Shown piece after piece: positions 63,001 to 64,000 of a DNA stretch of 64,000 bases. The translations under genes were made by a program, and so were the position numbers. The DNA comes from Lobosporangium transversale (Eukaryota): contig NW_019029013.1 in NCBI RefSeq assembly GCF_002105155.1, forward strand, positions 310,001 through 374,000, in the 5' to 3' direction. Within the stretch, counting starts at the first letter, position 1. Each line of letters opens with the position of its first letter. Under the pieces are notes generated by a model that searched no databases, was not told where the DNA came from, and saw only the letters and a list, made by a program, of their open reading frames with translations.

Positions 63001-64000
63001 ACATGATCTCCTAATCGCTATCACTTTATGTATCATTAATATTAATATTTTGTGTTTCTTTTATACAGTAGTAATTGAATTCAAGGCTTCATCTCCCCTC
63101 TCCTTATTTTTATACTTTTCTTTGCCGTACGTCTACGTCAATAAGACGAACCCTCAAGGTAGGACTATAACCACGTGCTATCTAGATTTATAGATCTAGA
63201 TCGATTTCCTTTTTCCATCATCAAAATCCTAGTGCATTCTTAATGCACCAAGGTTTAGCGCCGGCTCTAGTGGTATCACATATTTTCCTAGTGCAAATCT
63301 ACGTCATTTTTTTTTTTTTGATTATTTTCAACATTTTTTTTTTTATTTTTTTTTTATGAAAGATGTAGAGGGAGTAAAGATAAAGAGATGATTCCACTGC
63401 AGATGAATGAAGTGGTGGTGTGGTGCTGTCATGATGTAGAATAGTTTCTCTGAACCACATTAAGGGATGTTGCATGGTCTCAATGTCTGGAACTGCTTTG
63501 CGTAAAGCTAGGATCCCCATACAACGTTAAAAAACGTGTAATCTTAAAGATAATGAAGGGATTGATGCATCATTGCCTTCAGACCTCTTGACCACTTTCT
63601 CAAGATTCTACTGCTAATGTGTCCAAGCTCGGTTCATTATGCGATTGTGATACACATAGTACTAAAATGGTCTGAGCTGGAGAGGAAGAGGGCTAAAAAA
63701 GGGGTACGTTAAATGCATATACCTGTCTATCTATCCACCCTATTGGCACATGTGAGGGACTTCAGCGGTTAGAAACAGAAGAGGTCACCATTTCTCCAGT
63801 TTTTTTTAGTCCATCTGCATACATGTACCCTTTTCTTTTTTTATCATTTCTTTGCATTATATTGCGATTTCAGACATATGAATCTGACCTCAGCTGCACA
63901 TCATCGAGGCCTTAACGCAATTTCCTCTCGTTTTGGAGGCAACAGGGGTTGCATACAAATACCTACCGGGAACCTCCTTTTCTCTCCTTTTTCCTGCAAA

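Noticed and set aside
60100..64000. Genes in the final 4 kb
   Set aside because: Only low-complexity short ORFs. It looks like intergenic or UTR sequence of a gene outside the window.

Overview
Eukaryotic, intron-rich, AT-rich fungal DNA. The gene content and very long poly-A/T tracts in introns suggest an early-diverging fungus such as Mortierellaceae (inference). About 12 host protein genes are recognisable: a hypothetical protein, a BRI3/LITAF-like membrane protein, an Sfp1-like C2H2 factor, Nup53/Nup35, a USP deubiquitinase, an F-box/LRR protein, a DH-PH-FYVE RhoGEF, a group I G-alpha, BCD1, a bestrophin-family channel, a PIN4/Cip-like RRM-R3H protein, and an aspartic protease broken by one in-frame TAA. 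There are two tRNA genes, Thr-AGT (minus) and Arg-ACG (plus). The main result is that every recognisable retroposon insertion in the 64 kb is stacked directly upstream of one of these two tRNA genes, with its 5' end facing the tRNA. The Thr side carries an ~8.2 kb full-length LINE (ORF1 RRM+CCHC; ORF2 APE-RT-coiled coil-RNase H-CCHC), a candidate tRNA-headed SINE with a LINE-like tail, and an old LINE relic holding a 67-bp insertion with a TSD. The Arg side carries a doubly nested, TSD-flanked pair plus another tailed element. Together these point to a tRNA-gene-targeting non-LTR retrotransposon family with non-autonomous partners, analogous to Dictyostelium TRE5. Exon boundaries were read by eye from GT/AG signals and frame continuity, and no database searches were run.
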